Shown: positions 52,165 through 62,443 of the stretch, piece by piece
Layout of the letters: each line of letters begins with the position of its first letter
How positions within the stretch are numbered: position 1 is the stretch's first letter
From: an uncultured Planctomycetaceae bacterium
GTDB lineage: Bacteria > Planctomycetota > Planctomycetia > Planctomycetales > Planctomycetaceae
Reading direction: 5' to 3'
Length of the DNA: 64,000 bases
Assembly: GCA_963813715.1 (NCBI GenBank)
Contig: CAWFAK010000006.1
Span: forward strand, 50,082 to 114,081
Notes under the pieces: model-generated
Database searches by the model: none
Seen by the model: the letters and a program-made list of their open reading frames with translations, nothing else
Told to the model about the DNA's origin: nothing
Position numbers and translations under genes: made by a program

Positions 52165-52743
52165 CTATTTGAGTTCCGTGACGGCGTGAGGGCCAGGAGT
52201 CCCGATTGGCTGTTTCCCCTGGACATCCAGCGCGAAGTTCCAGTCGGTTTTTCCGGGCTGTTCGATATCGATCTTGAACTGCGAATTTTCGGCATTCTTG
52301 TCGGGGTCGTTGTACAAGTTCATCAGTCCGTCCGGGCCCCTTAAGCTTTTCCCCCGCTTCGAGGCCATCAAGCCTGGAGTCAATTCCGCAAACGACACGA
52401 CATACGACCCGGTCGGCACGCCGTCGCCTCGGTCGTACGTGCTAAACTCGAACTCGCCATCGCTCTTACAGATTGCTTTCAGGAGAACATCGCCGCCGTT
52501 CGGATTCTTTGGGTCAGACAACATGACGACCAGCACCTGCTTTGGGTACGCCTCCCGCGGCGACTTGCCGTCAATGGTGACGTGGCCGGCAAATTTGGCG
52601 ACGCTCGCTTTCTGCAATTTGAGGTCCTTCATTTGCTGATCCATCGCGGTGTCCACACCGTTGGATTTTCCACAGCCGAGATTGAGCAGCGCCAGCATCG
52701 CAACGCCAGCGGCCATCCACGTCGGATGGATTTTCCGAAGCAT
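52165..52743 (-). CDS. Putative lipoprotein typical of DUF1559 partner genes (carboxypeptidase-regulatory-like)
   Basis: Lipobox LNLGC, GHVTIDGK, DGEFEFSTY..GDGVPTGSYVV, LYNDP. Confidence 0.7.
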   Translation of the reverse strand: MLRKIHPTWMAAGVAMLALLNLGCGKSNGVDTAMDQQMKDLKLQKASVAKFAGHVTIDGKSPREAYPKQVLVVMLSDPKNPNGGDVLLKAICKSDGEFEFSTYDRGDGVPTGSYVVSFAELTPGLMASKRGKSLRGPDGLMNLYNDPDKNAENSQFKIDIEQPGKTDWNFALDVQGKQPIGTPGPHAVTELK

Positions 52744-52842
52744 ACGTACATCCTCGGGGCAGAACATTTCAGCTGCCCTCAAGCGGTCTCGCGCGGACGG
52801 ACTTTGAAACGAAGCCGGACGACTTCGAAACCGCATTGGAAT

Positions 52843-52881
52843 CAAGAACAAGAAACGGGGCCGCACAAATTGCGGCCCCGT
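52843..52881 (-). terminator. Intrinsic terminator or stabilising hairpin downstream of the DUF1559 gene
   Basis: ACGGGGCCGCA-5 nt-TGCGGCCCCGT with a TTCTTGTTCTTG tail on the minus strand. Confidence 0.65.
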
Positions 52882-52931
52882 CAACGCTTTCCGGTTTTCC
52901 AGTCGTCAACGACAAGCCGGGTTCTATGGGA

Positions 52932-54098
52932 CTAGAATTGCGAGTCGATCACTGGCCGGCCGCCGCGGAATGTAATTAAGCGGACGAACGGGACGAGTCC
53001 AACGTTCTCGCTGACCATGTGGGCCGAGCCGTCGCAAAACGCAAAGCCACACGATCCCGGATGGAAGCTGTAAAGGCCAAGATCGAGTTGGTTTGTGCAG
53101 TTGATGAAGCAAACGGGCGGCGAGCTGGGGCCAGTGTAGCCGGGCGAAGCGAGGCCGCTTGTAGTCGAGCCATAAAGCGACATGTATCCATTATCCAAAC
53201 AGGCCCAGCAGCCGCCGGCGTTCACTTTGGGTGTGGCTCCGCTTGTGAAATTGGTTGGCACCAAACAGGCCAAAGGCTTTTTCACGCCGCGCACCCAGAG
53301 GTCGGGACGTCCGGCCAATTCTGCGCAGAAAATCGTCGTCGAAGTACCGTCCGTGATCATATCAATCGAAACCGTCTCCCGGACGTTGTTTGTCATGACC
53401 CCTTCACAACACTTCTGGTCGCACTTGTTGACGCAACCGGTGGTGGCAAGACGATACGCACACTGAAGTCCCGGTTTGCAGAATGTGTTGATGGCCGTGT
53501 AGTCGCTGCCCCCTGCCCAGTAGTGCGGGAAGAGGGGGACTCCTGCTTGACACAAGAGACAACCAACAAGGCTCGTCTCAATAAAGGGATTCACGCTGCG
53601 CGGTGACGAGGGGCAGGCATAACCAGGAATGACGGCGGCCGCCGGCCGTTGCAGCCCCGGTGGCACCAGCGCCGGACAGCAGCCGCCCGAGTTCGGCTGA
53701 CAGTATTTTGGGAGACCGACGATACAGGAACAAAGCGGCGAAAAGATCGGGCCGTTCATGCAGATTTGCCTGTAGACGGTGTTCGCTTCCATGAACGGAA
53801 GCAGCCGCTCGCCCCAATTGTGGATGTCGATATTGTCTGGACAACAATTTCCGCAGGCGAAGCCGAGCGACTTGAGAACCGGACCGACGTTCAGCAAGAA
53901 GGATGCAGGAAAGAAATTGTTGACGTCATGATAATTGTGCGCCGCCAGCGCCATCTGCTTGAGATTGTTGCGGCACTGGGTCCGCCGCGCCGCCTCGCGG
54001 GCCGCCTGCACTGCCGGCAGCAAGAGGGCGATCAGCACCGCAATGATGGCGATGACCACCAGGAGTTCAATCAGCGTAAACCCTCGCCGACTTCGCAT
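52932..54098 (-). CDS. DUF1559 prepilin-type N-terminal cleavage protein, Cys-rich
   Basis: [43 protein letters not shown], and H-X9-DG motif [14 protein letters not shown]. Confidence 0.93.
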   Translation of the reverse strand: MRSRRGFTLIELLVVIAIIAVLIALLLPAVQAAREAARRTQCRNNLKQMALAAHNYHDVNNFFPASFLLNVGPVLKSLGFACGNCCPDNIDIHNWGERLLPFMEANTVYRQICMNGPIFSPLCSCIVGLPKYCQPNSGGCCPALVPPGLQRPAAAVIPGYACPSSPRSVNPFIETSLVGCLLCQAGVPLFPHYWAGGSDYTAINTFCKPGLQCAYRLATTGCVNKCDQKCCEGVMTNNVRETVSIDMITDGTSTTIFCAELAGRPDLWVRGVKKPLACLVPTNFTSGATPKVNAGGCWACLDNGYMSLYGSTTSGLASPGYTGPSSPPVCFINCTNQLDLGLYSFHPGSCGFAFCDGSAHMVSENVGLVPFVRLITFRGGRPVIDSQF

Positions 54099-54861
54099 GT
54101 TCTTGATCCTTTCACAGCCCGGAGGAAAGAGATAGAGACAAACCTTCGCAACAAGAACGAAGAATGATTGCGAACAGAGTCGCAATCTCAAACTCACGAG
54201 TCGAAAGACTCAAAGATGGGAGGCACGCGCATGCCATACTGTTCGAGCGTCCAGTTTAGAGAAACGCCCGTTGATCGGTGCAAACACTGAGCATTCTGGC
54301 GAGTTTATGGAAGAGTGCAAAGGGGGAAAACGCTTATTTCCCATGGATTTACGCTGTTTAATCTTGCCGGCCTGGATGGGGCGAGGCGGCGGCGGCTCCT
54401 GAAAACGGTGGCGGCGGAGCGGCCTGGCTGAGCAGGAGCTGAGGAAAAAGGGGCGACCCGGCGCGCCCGGGCAACCGGCTACCCTGTCGCAACGCGAGAG
54501 TTCCGCCGGTCGGCCATCGCCCGGCAAGAAGCGATCGCCGCGGCGAACAGCAGAATTGCCCGATCGGCCGCGAGGCGACCTTACCCGATCGCAGCAAAAC
54601 AGCCGCTCAGCGGGGCTGCACTCCCCAGACTTACTGCCAAAAGAAGCAGGCGCAAACGCGACGCGGAACGCACGCACCGTGAGCGGAGAGTCCGGGTTCG
54701 TAATCCGCCAGCCTACGTCGTTGCCGCGAGGCCAAGTCGGCCCGACGGCCTCGAGAGCCAGCTGCCGAAATTAGTCAGACAGCCGCCGGACCGATGGCAA
54801 CCGCGAAAAAAGTCGCGGCGGGGCGGTCCCGTCGCCTGTGCCGGCCCCGTGCACGCGTCAC

Positions 54862-55216
54862 CTAGTGGCATGGCACTCCGGCGTCGCTGCCGTCAAAGCA
54901 GGTGAGGTTGCCGCCAGGACAGTCGAAGGACCCGTGATGCCACCACAGTGACCGCTTGCACCCCTCCGGGTGTGGATTGCCGAAAAGCCGTGCCCGTACG
55001 TGCAGCTGCAGGACCGTTACCTGGCCGCCGGTGCTGCCGCAATTGCACGCCTGAGCGTTGTGCTGCAACATGCGACGCTGCCGTCTGGCAACTGCATGCA
55101 TACATCGGAGGATCACAGACGAATAGCCAGCTGGGGCGTACTCGCCCGGCGTTCGCAATTTGCGACTTCTCGAAACGCCCTCTGGATACGGCATGCATCT
55201 GGGGTGGCAAATTCAT
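54862..55216 (-). CDS. Cys-rich peptide, copy 1 (putative RiPP-like precursor; multiple indels)
   Basis: MNLPPQMHAVSRGRFEKSQIANAGRVRPS-WLFVCDPPMYACSC...LTCFDGSDAGVPCH*. SD GAGGT. Homologous to copies 2 and 3. Confidence 0.65.
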
Positions 55217-55305
55217 CGCTGGACCTCAATGGTTTGGGCCGGAGCCTACTGAACGGCAAGGCTTCGGGCTGGAAGGAACGCGGCATCGATGCCCGCGCAC
55301 ATCAC

Positions 55306-55651
55306 CTAATTGCATTGCACTGCGTTGTCGTTGCCGTCAAAGCAGGTGATGGCGTCCTTCGAACAGTCTACGGGGCCGGAGTTATTCCAGTGACCGACTG
55401 CACCGCCCGGGTGTGGATGACCATTGCCAATCCCGTGCGTACATGCCGCAGGACCGTTATTTGGACCGCCGACATCGCCGCACGAGCACTCCCCAGCTGT
55501 CGGCGCAACATGCGACGCTGAGATCCGGGCAGCTGCAGGCAACTTGGTCGCACACGAATTACAGCGTGGAAACCTCGTCCGGCCGAAGCCACAAACGAGA
55601 GTTTTCAAAACGCCCTCTGGAAACGGCTCGCATTTGAAGTGGCAAATTCAT
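55306..55651 (-). CDS. Cys-rich peptide, copy 2 (multiple indels; possibly a pseudogene)
   Basis: MNLPLQMRAVSRGRFENSR...FVCDQVACSCPDLSVACC...CSCGDVGGPNNGPAACTHG...ITCFDGNDNAVQCN*. Confidence 0.65.
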
Positions 55652-55846
55652 GGGCTGGACCTCATTGGTTTCGGTTCGATCGATTCACGTCTGTGAAAGG
55701 ATAGTTCTTCGAAGCCGTGCGGACCTCAATTCCAGTTGAGAACGCGGCGCGTTGAAAGGGCCAATCCCACGCTCATCGACACGTTGGCTCGAGCCGGAGT
55801 CGTGCTCCGATGGCTTGTTGGCAACCGAACGCATTACCAAATTCGC

Positions 55847-55974
55847 CTCGTCCTTGGAACGCAACTCACGCGAAGGTCGGCCTCCCTCGCATCAGCGCAA
55901 CATCGCACCGCACAAGGATACGGGAGGCTAAGCTTCCGGAACGTGCGTCCCCAAGAAGACGGCCGCGGTACGAG
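55847..55974. repeat. Degenerate MITE/REP-like inverted repeat element
   Basis: Left arm CTTGGAACGCAACTCACGCGAAGGTCGGCCTCCC pairs imperfectly with right arm GGGAGGCTAAGCTTCCGGAACGTGCGTCCCCAAG; outer ends CTCG/CGAG. Confidence 0.5.
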
Positions 55975-56041
55975 GGAATCCTGTTCGGCGCGATAAGTCG
56001 CTCTCAGCGAGCGCTCCCCCTCAATTCCCGTCTTCGGCAGT

Positions 56042-56371
56042 TTAACTAATGCAACCCACATCTACCCCGGTTGCTGTCATAGCAGTGTACTCGTCGTGGC
56101 AGGCGTCACAGTCGGCCTCTTGCATGGTGGTGTGGGTGGGTACCCCAGCATTTCCCAAGACCGCCTGAGCAGTGGATCCCGTGGGACTGCCGCAAACACT
56201 GCTGACCTGTGTGCAACACGAGACGCTGCCGTCCCGCTGGCAGCTGCATGCAGCCATCGGCGGATCACAGAAGAACATCCAGCTTGGAAAGACTTGCCCG
56301 GCCGAACTCACAATTCGCGACTTCGGCAAAGGCCCTCTGGAAACTGCACACATTTGGAGTGGCAAATTCAT
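56042..56371 (-). CDS. Cys-rich peptide, copy 3 (open frame, 109 aa)
   Basis: MNLPLQMCAVSRGPLPKSRIVSSAGQVFPS-WMFFCDPPMAACSCQRDGSVSCC...; 3' DNA TGCTATGACAGCAAC matches TGCTTTGACGGCA(G/A)C in copies 1 and 2. Confidence 0.7.
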   Translation of the reverse strand: MNLPLQMCAVSRGPLPKSRIVSSAGQVFPSWMFFCDPPMAACSCQRDGSVSCCTQVSSVCGSPTGSTAQAVLGNAGVPTHTTMQEADCDACHDEYTAMTATGVDVGCIS

Positions 56372-56623
56372 GGCTGGACCTCGTTGTTTGGGCGTCGTCT
56401 ATTTAACTGCAAGGACTTTCGACCGGAAAAAAGCACTCGATAATACGGCGTCAAACCTCGCGGCCGCAAAGTTTTTCAAACCACGGGTCAGCAACATGTG
56501 GTGGTTTTTCGCGCGACGACCAGCGATCGATGCGGGCTACCGCCGGCCCAAAGAGGATCGCCAGCGAATCACATCGGAAGACATGTTCGACGATCCTCTG
56601 GTTGGAGCATGCAGACAAGGCGT

Positions 56624-59600
56624 TCAGCGTAAGTTCTAGCTGGACGAAAACCCACGGAGCTGAAGTACGGCCGCTCGCATTCGCCATCGCAACGACGGCC
56701 GGAACTCAGCAGGGTAGCACTGAGGAACCCCCCGCCGCGCATCACACATTTGTCTGCCGCATTGACCGGCGCAATCGCCGGAGCGTCGTCGAAAAGCTTT
56801 CTGTTCCGTTCTAGACCGATTCCCGAGTTAATGCACATTTCGCCGGCGTTCCCTAGCATGTCGAACAACCCCAAATCGTTCGGTTCCAAAGTCCCAATGG
56901 GCCATGCGTGATAGTCGCTGTTAGCCAGCAAACCGCGCATAATGCGGTAATAGCTGATCGCTCGCCCCGTAGTAACGGCTCGTCACTGTCCCCGCTCGAC
57001 ACGCGAATTCCCATTCTGCTTGCGTCGGCAACCGATAGCCCTTCAGTTCCCAGAATTTGTCCTTCGCCTTCATTCCCGGACCATAGACCCCGTCCTTGGG
57101 GTCGTAGCACCATTGGTTTCTGGGAATCTTCTCCCGCTCGCTCAACCAATCGCAGTACTGCGCCGCCTCGTACCAATTGATGCCAATCTGAGCGGAGTCG
57201 TCTGTACGGACGTAATCGCGAAACTGAGGGGCATTTGCCGGATCGAAACCTTTTATCGCCTGTTGGAAGGTGCGGTATTGGACCTTGGTGACTTCATGCG
57301 CTGAAATTGCGAACGTGCGACCAATGCGAATTCGGACCTGAGTGTCCGTTGGCGAGTAACCGGCGTCGGATTTCGTCGTTCCCATCAAAAACTCACCACC
57401 AGCCATAATCACGTAAGTTTGTTTCTGGCTGTTGATGAACCAGCTTCGCGTGCTACTCGGACGTGCGGGCCTGCAACTGACTGTCAGCGGACGTTCAAGC
57501 CTCTCTAAGATCGGCATCGAGCGGTTTGTCTTGCCCCCATTTTCGTAGTAGCCATTCGGAGGCACCATGGAGTCCGGGATCGGGTTCGTTTTCGTAGACA
57601 GCCAGCAGCTTCGGGATGAGCGGTTCCCGCTGTGCGGAGGGCAATTGAGCGTCTGTAAACTGCCCGAGGGTTAGCACGAGCGCCCTGCGGATCGTCATGT
57701 CGGCCTCGGTCTCCCGGCGTTGCAGGATGGCCTGCGGGTCGCCCCCGCGTGGACTGAGCCAATGAATGATGTAACTGCGAACCCTCGGGTCGCGGCTCGC
57801 CTTGAGCAGCGGCCAAACGGGCTCTCCCGCTCCGAAACGTAGCAGAGCGACCGCCGCGTTTGCCTGCCGTCTTCGCCAGAACCTCCTTTTCGTCCTCGTT
57901 CGCGTCCGCAGGAGATGTTTTCGGCGACTTCTTGGGTCGCTCGCGTGATCGCCTCGTCCTTGTGGGCGGAGAGCTTGCCAAAGATCACGGGGAACTGGAA
58001 CTGCTCGCCGTCGGCCAGCAGGTTGAACAATCCGTCAGGACTTTCGGCCGCAAATTCCGCGAGTGTCTCCGTTGCGAAACGGCGAGACGGTTTTTCTTGA
58101 TTGGGGTCGCGATAGATCTTGCCGAGCGATTCGATCAACTGGCCTTTTGCCGGCCGCAGGGCTTCGCGAAACGCGACGTGATCCGACGCTTCCAGCGTCA
58201 CCAGGTGATTCGAGATTAGCGCGTTGATCTGACTCCAACGCTTGTCGTCAGGCGCATAGGTCGCCAGCGCACAAGCGGCTTGAAACCGTTGCTGCAGCTC
58301 CCGCTGCGGGTCCAGTGCGGCGATCCACAGCGGCTCGGCGACCCGCTCTTTGTAGGGCAAGAGAGAGTCCCGCACGACGGTAAAGCGAGCGGGCGACTTC
58401 CACACCATCAAGCCGTCGCGCAGATTGTCCAGCTCAGTTTGATCCACCGGAAGGATCGCCAACGCCAGGTTCAGCTTCTCATTTGACCCCTGCGGGGCTT
58501 CGTCAAACTGCCTCCGAAGCAATGGGTCGGCCCAACGGCGATATCCATCGAGCTCCGGGATGATGGCGGGAACCTCCGCTATGTCGGCCGACTTGAGCCG
58601 TTTTACGAGAGACCCCGCCTGGAAGCGGCCGTTGATCTGCCAACCTGCGAAGAGTGCGACGATGAAGATCAATCCCGCGACGGTACCTCGAATGCCGTGA
58701 AAGCGTCCGGCACGCCTCATCATTTTCCGTTGCGGCCCGGTCCACCTCTTGTGGTCCGTCAGCAAGCGAATCTTGACGTCTTCCCATAGCGAGGGCAGAT
58801 GCCGAGTCGTTGGCTTGGCGTTCCAGACGCCCGCTCGTTCTGCCAACAACATCTCTGTCCGGCCTCGCCGAGTTTCCCTCTGCTTTTCCGTCAGCCAGTC
58901 CCGCAGCGAAGGGACCAGGTAGTCGTGGGTCAACTGATAGTACTTCGGGCCCAACACGGCTTTACTGTCCGCCATGTCGTCAGCGTCGTGCCCCTCAGGG
59001 TCAGTCGGGGTGATCAGCCGAAGCTCGCCATCCAGGATGCGGATCAAATCCTCGAAGTCCTTCGGACGACTCAAATAGCCAGAAACCTCCAAGAGTTCCT
59101 GAAACGAGCGCATGTGGCCCTTGATGTCGGCGCCGCTTTCGGGCAACAGCGCTTTCAGCACGGCACGAGCCGCCCTTTGATGCAGGCGGTGCCTTGGGTT
59201 GGCAGCCGGCGAACTGAATGTCTCTTCGAGAAAGGTGACGCCGACCCCCTCCGTGCCGCCCAGGGCTTCGAGCGAAGCGGGACTCCACGTTTTGCCTTTG
59301 ATCATCTCGGCAAACAGGGCCAAGCGAACGCAGATGACCTTGCCCTCTTGCGAAAGACCGGAGACGGCCTGATCCAGAAATCGTTGTTCGGCCGGCGTGA
59401 TTTCCTTTCCGTCCTCCGGCAAGGCCCCGTAGGCCCGCCCATAGGCTTTCAGCACGCGCTGGGCATGACGGACCTCGAACAAATCGACCGCGGCGAAGTT
59501 CTGCCCTTGGACCAGCTCGATTTCGAGATCTCGCAGAAATCGCGTGACTGCCATCCAGAAGTCGTCCCGGACCATTACCAGGCACTGGACTCCCCCGCCG

Positions 59601-61085
59601 TCGCATTGTCGGAGGGCTTGGACCAACTCCGTGTTCTCGTCTTTGCCTTTGCTGTGCAGCCACTGCTCGAATTGGTCCAGGACGATCAGCACCTTGCGGC
59701 CGTGCCCGATCCCCTGCCCCTGCCGCAGAGCCGCCAGCGTATCTTTCAAATTGAGGTTGGTCGGCAAAGCCGGACATCGCTTGCGGAGTCCGTGAAGCAG
59801 CCGAGTTTCGGTCTCGTCGCCCGTCGCCTCGATGTACACGGGCACAACATGGTTCGCGAGCCGCGGCAGCAGGCCCGCCTTCACTAAAGACGATTTTCCA
59901 CAGCCGGACGGGCCGTAGATCAAACCAACCGGAAAGGTTTCGTCAGGGTCGGTTTCTTCGATTCTGGTCTTCCAGAAGCGGATGCTGTCAGGCAGCCCGT
60001 CTCGGTCTCGGGGGCCGGGCAACAGCTCCAGGAAAAAATCGGCATCACGAGCGTCGAAGGATCGCAAGCCCTTGGGCACGATCCGGATCATCCGGCTCTC
60101 AGAAGGCGTTCGGGCGGACGGCGTGTCGACCGCGACGGGCTTCTCGGAGACGGCTTGATCGACCGGCGGTTGCCTGCCCGAGCCGGCGATGTTGCGATTG
60201 CGCCGCGAGAAAATCGTTGAGATCGTGGGCGAGGTCCGTGGCGGTCGTGTAACGTTCCGAGGGTCGTTTCGCCAACGCCTTCAGGCAGATTCGTTCCAAT
60301 TCCTTGGGAATGGTGTCGTCGAACTGACGTGGTGGGCGCGGTTCTTGGATCGTGATTCGTTCCAGCATCTCCACCTTGGTGTCGGCACGAAACGGATGAC
60401 GGCCGACCACCAGCTCGTAGAGCACGATCCCCAGACTAAAGATGTCGCTCCGGCCATCGACTCGGTGACCTTCACTGCGGGCTTGCTCCGGGCTCATGTA
60501 GGCCGGGGTGCCCGCAAACCTGGGTCCCTTGCCGATATCCTCTTCCCGCAAGGCGAGGCCGAAATCGACGAGATACGGCTTGCCATCCGCGTCGATGAGA
60601 ATGTTGCCCGGCTTCACGTCTCGATGCACGAGCTGGTTGCGGTGGGCGTAATGTAGCGCGTCGGCCACAGTTGCCACGAGTTGCACAGCGTGGCCCAAAG
60701 CGAGGCGAGACTCCTTCATCTTCCTCGCCAGGTCGGTCCCCTCGATGTATTTTGAGACGACGAAAAAGGGATGCTCAGCCGTGCCGCCGACGTCATAAAC
60801 GGGGACAATGTGCGGATGCTCGAGATTGGCGACGGTGCGAGCTTCGGCCAGATAGGGTTCGGCATCCTCGGGTCGGGCGACCCGATCGGGATGCGGCACT
60901 TTAACGGCCACGGGTCGACTCAATTGCTCGTCCTGCGCAAGGTAGACGAGGCCGAAGCCCCCCTTGCCGAGAAACTTCTCAACTCGATAGCGTCCGACTC
61001 GTTCCGGCAGGACGGCGGGCGCACTCGAGATGGCAGGAGCCGTCAGCCCCTGAATGGTGCGGGTGACCGTTTCGCCTTCGGACAT
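56624..61085 (-). CDS. Multidomain Ser/Thr kinase - P-loop (STAND-like) NTPase - helical repeats - FGE/CLec-fold domain (several frameshifts)
   Basis: LGKGGFG, HRDVKPGN, DFGLA, GTPAYMSPEQ; GPSGCGKSS, LDQFEQW; YRLPTQAEWEFACRAG, GLFDMLGN, GFRPARTY. The stop is either the shifted TGA at 56624 or the in-frame stop at 56569. Confidence 0.85.
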
Positions 61086-61434
61086 TCTCTAGCGTTCTCC
61101 GCGATCTAAGGTGCATCGCCCATTCTAGCCCTGATCGCCGTCCAAGCCACGATTCTCGCGGCGATTGGGTCAGCGGATCGATTTTTTCGCGGCCATTGAC
61201 GCCACCAACTGCCCGGCCGGTCTGCTCCGATGCGCCCGTCCTGGGGAAATCCGGCTGTCCTCGCGAATGCGTTGGGACTTGATTAGGCCGCCAGTTTCGA
61301 GGGGGCAGATCACCGGAAAGTCGTGACGCAGCCCGGGTCGATTGGATCAAGCCACGCCGTCGCATAGAATGGGTGTCCGACTGAGAAGCCCGCATTTCGG
61401 GCAAGGGCGCAACACTTTTTAGAAAATGGATCAC

Positions 61435-61632
61435 ATGCCTCAGGGTACGATTAAGAAAAAGACGGACAAGGGTTTCGGGTTTATCACGACCGAGTCGGGC
61501 AAGGACATGTTCTTTCACTCGTCGAACGTTGAGGGCTCCGGCTACGAAGCACTCCGGGAAGGGCAAAAAGTGTCCTATACCGAGGGCAAGGGGCCCAAGG
61601 GACCACGGGCGGAGAACGTCAGACCGATCTAA
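61435..61632 (+). CDS. Cold-shock protein
   Basis: KGFGFI (RNP1), MFFHSS (RNP2), GPKGPRAENV. Confidence 0.95.
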   Translation: MPQGTIKKKTDKGFGFITTESGKDMFFHSSNVEGSGYEALREGQKVSYTEGKGPKGPRAENVRPI

Positions 61633-61652
61633 ACGCCACCGATCTAAACGCC
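61623..61652. repeat. Exact 15-bp tandem duplication spanning the csp stop codon
   Basis: ACCGATCTAAACGCC x2. Confidence 0.9.
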
Positions 61653-61820
61653 AGGGTGCCTGAGGACGGCCGACGAGACGACGACGTTGGCCACGTCGAG
61701 TTTTCAATCGACCGCCGTCGACGATACTCACGCTGGCCAAGACGAAATTCGGCCTTGGCTGGGCGTCGACGAATCGTCGAATGCGCGACCAAGGCCGAGG
61801 CGAGTTCAACAATCTGGCGA

Positions 61821-62384
61821 TCAGCGGCGGTCCATTTTGATGAAATGCGAGGCCAACGCCGCCGCACCGACAGCGAGGGCCGCTTTGCCGAGGAAGCTAT
61901 GTAGCAAAGCCGGTTGCTTTTGCGCAATCTGACCAGTGGCCTGGGCAAAGGCCTCCGGATGATTCGCCTGCGCATAGCGCGCGACCGTCGCGACATCGTT
62001 CGCATCCATCTCGCTCGGGTCAGTCGTCTGCAGACCGGGCACTTCTGCCAGCGGAGACTCGCTCGCCCCGCCGCCGGCGGCAGATTTCTTCAGGCAGTTC
62101 ACCAACACTGCCGCAATACTGCCCAGGCCCGCGGTCGACAGGCTGCCCAGCGGATTAGTGCCGCCCGCACCCGGAGTGACATGATCCGAGTACTCTTGCG
62201 GATCAACCTTCTGCGTCGCCGTGGCGAGCAGCTGCTGCAACTTGTCGGGCTCAATGTTCTTCAGCATCTCCTGCAGGTGCTGTAGATCCGGCGAGTTGGG
62301 GTCCTCGAAATTCGCGTCGCCGGCTGACAGCCGTTTCAAATTTTCGCCGCCGATCGAATCGGTGATTTGTTGCAAAAGTCCCAT
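61821..62384 (-). CDS. Hypothetical protein
   Basis: 187-aa ORF with SD GAGGGAG and host-like codon usage, co-oriented with the GlsB-like gene. Confidence 0.65.
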   Translation of the reverse strand: MGLLQQITDSIGGENLKRLSAGDANFEDPNSPDLQHLQEMLKNIEPDKLQQLLATATQKVDPQEYSDHVTPGAGGTNPLGSLSTAGLGSIAAVLVNCLKKSAAGGGASESPLAEVPGLQTTDPSEMDANDVATVARYAQANHPEAFAQATGQIAQKQPALLHSFLGKAALAVGAAALASHFIKMDRR

Positions 62385-62443
62385 GGCTCACTTCTCCCTC
62401 TTGTCTTCTTCCGTAAGGACTGGTGTTTGAAGGCGACCGATAC

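Noticed and set aside
54224..54237. Sigma54-like TGGCATGCGCGTGC upstream of the DUF1559 gene
   Set aside because: The GG-to-GC spacing is one base short of the strict -24/-12 requirement. It cannot be called without corrected sequence.
54683..54706. GCGGAGAGTCCGGGTTCGTAATCC resembling a tRNA-Ser 3' remnant
   Set aside because: The T-loop spacing is wrong and there is no cloverleaf; too degenerate to support.
54862..56440. CRISPR array or ncRNA repeats
   Set aside because: The repeat units are about 350-450 bp, have SD+ATG and codon-like divergence, and no cas genes are present.
56630..56760. Complete diversity-generating retroelement at the FGE C-terminus
   Set aside because: No reverse transcriptase, Avd or template repeat is visible in the window. 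Kept only as a possible remote target.
1131..61085. Widespread frameshifts read as pseudogenes or programmed frameshifting
   Set aside because: They also hit secA and otherwise intact conserved genes at about one per 1-3 kb with no consistent slippery motif, so sequencing or assembly indels are the simplest explanation.
61793..61810. GGCCGAGGCG match to the tRNA 3' end as a possible att site
   Set aside because: Only 10 identical GC-rich bases, which is expected by chance.
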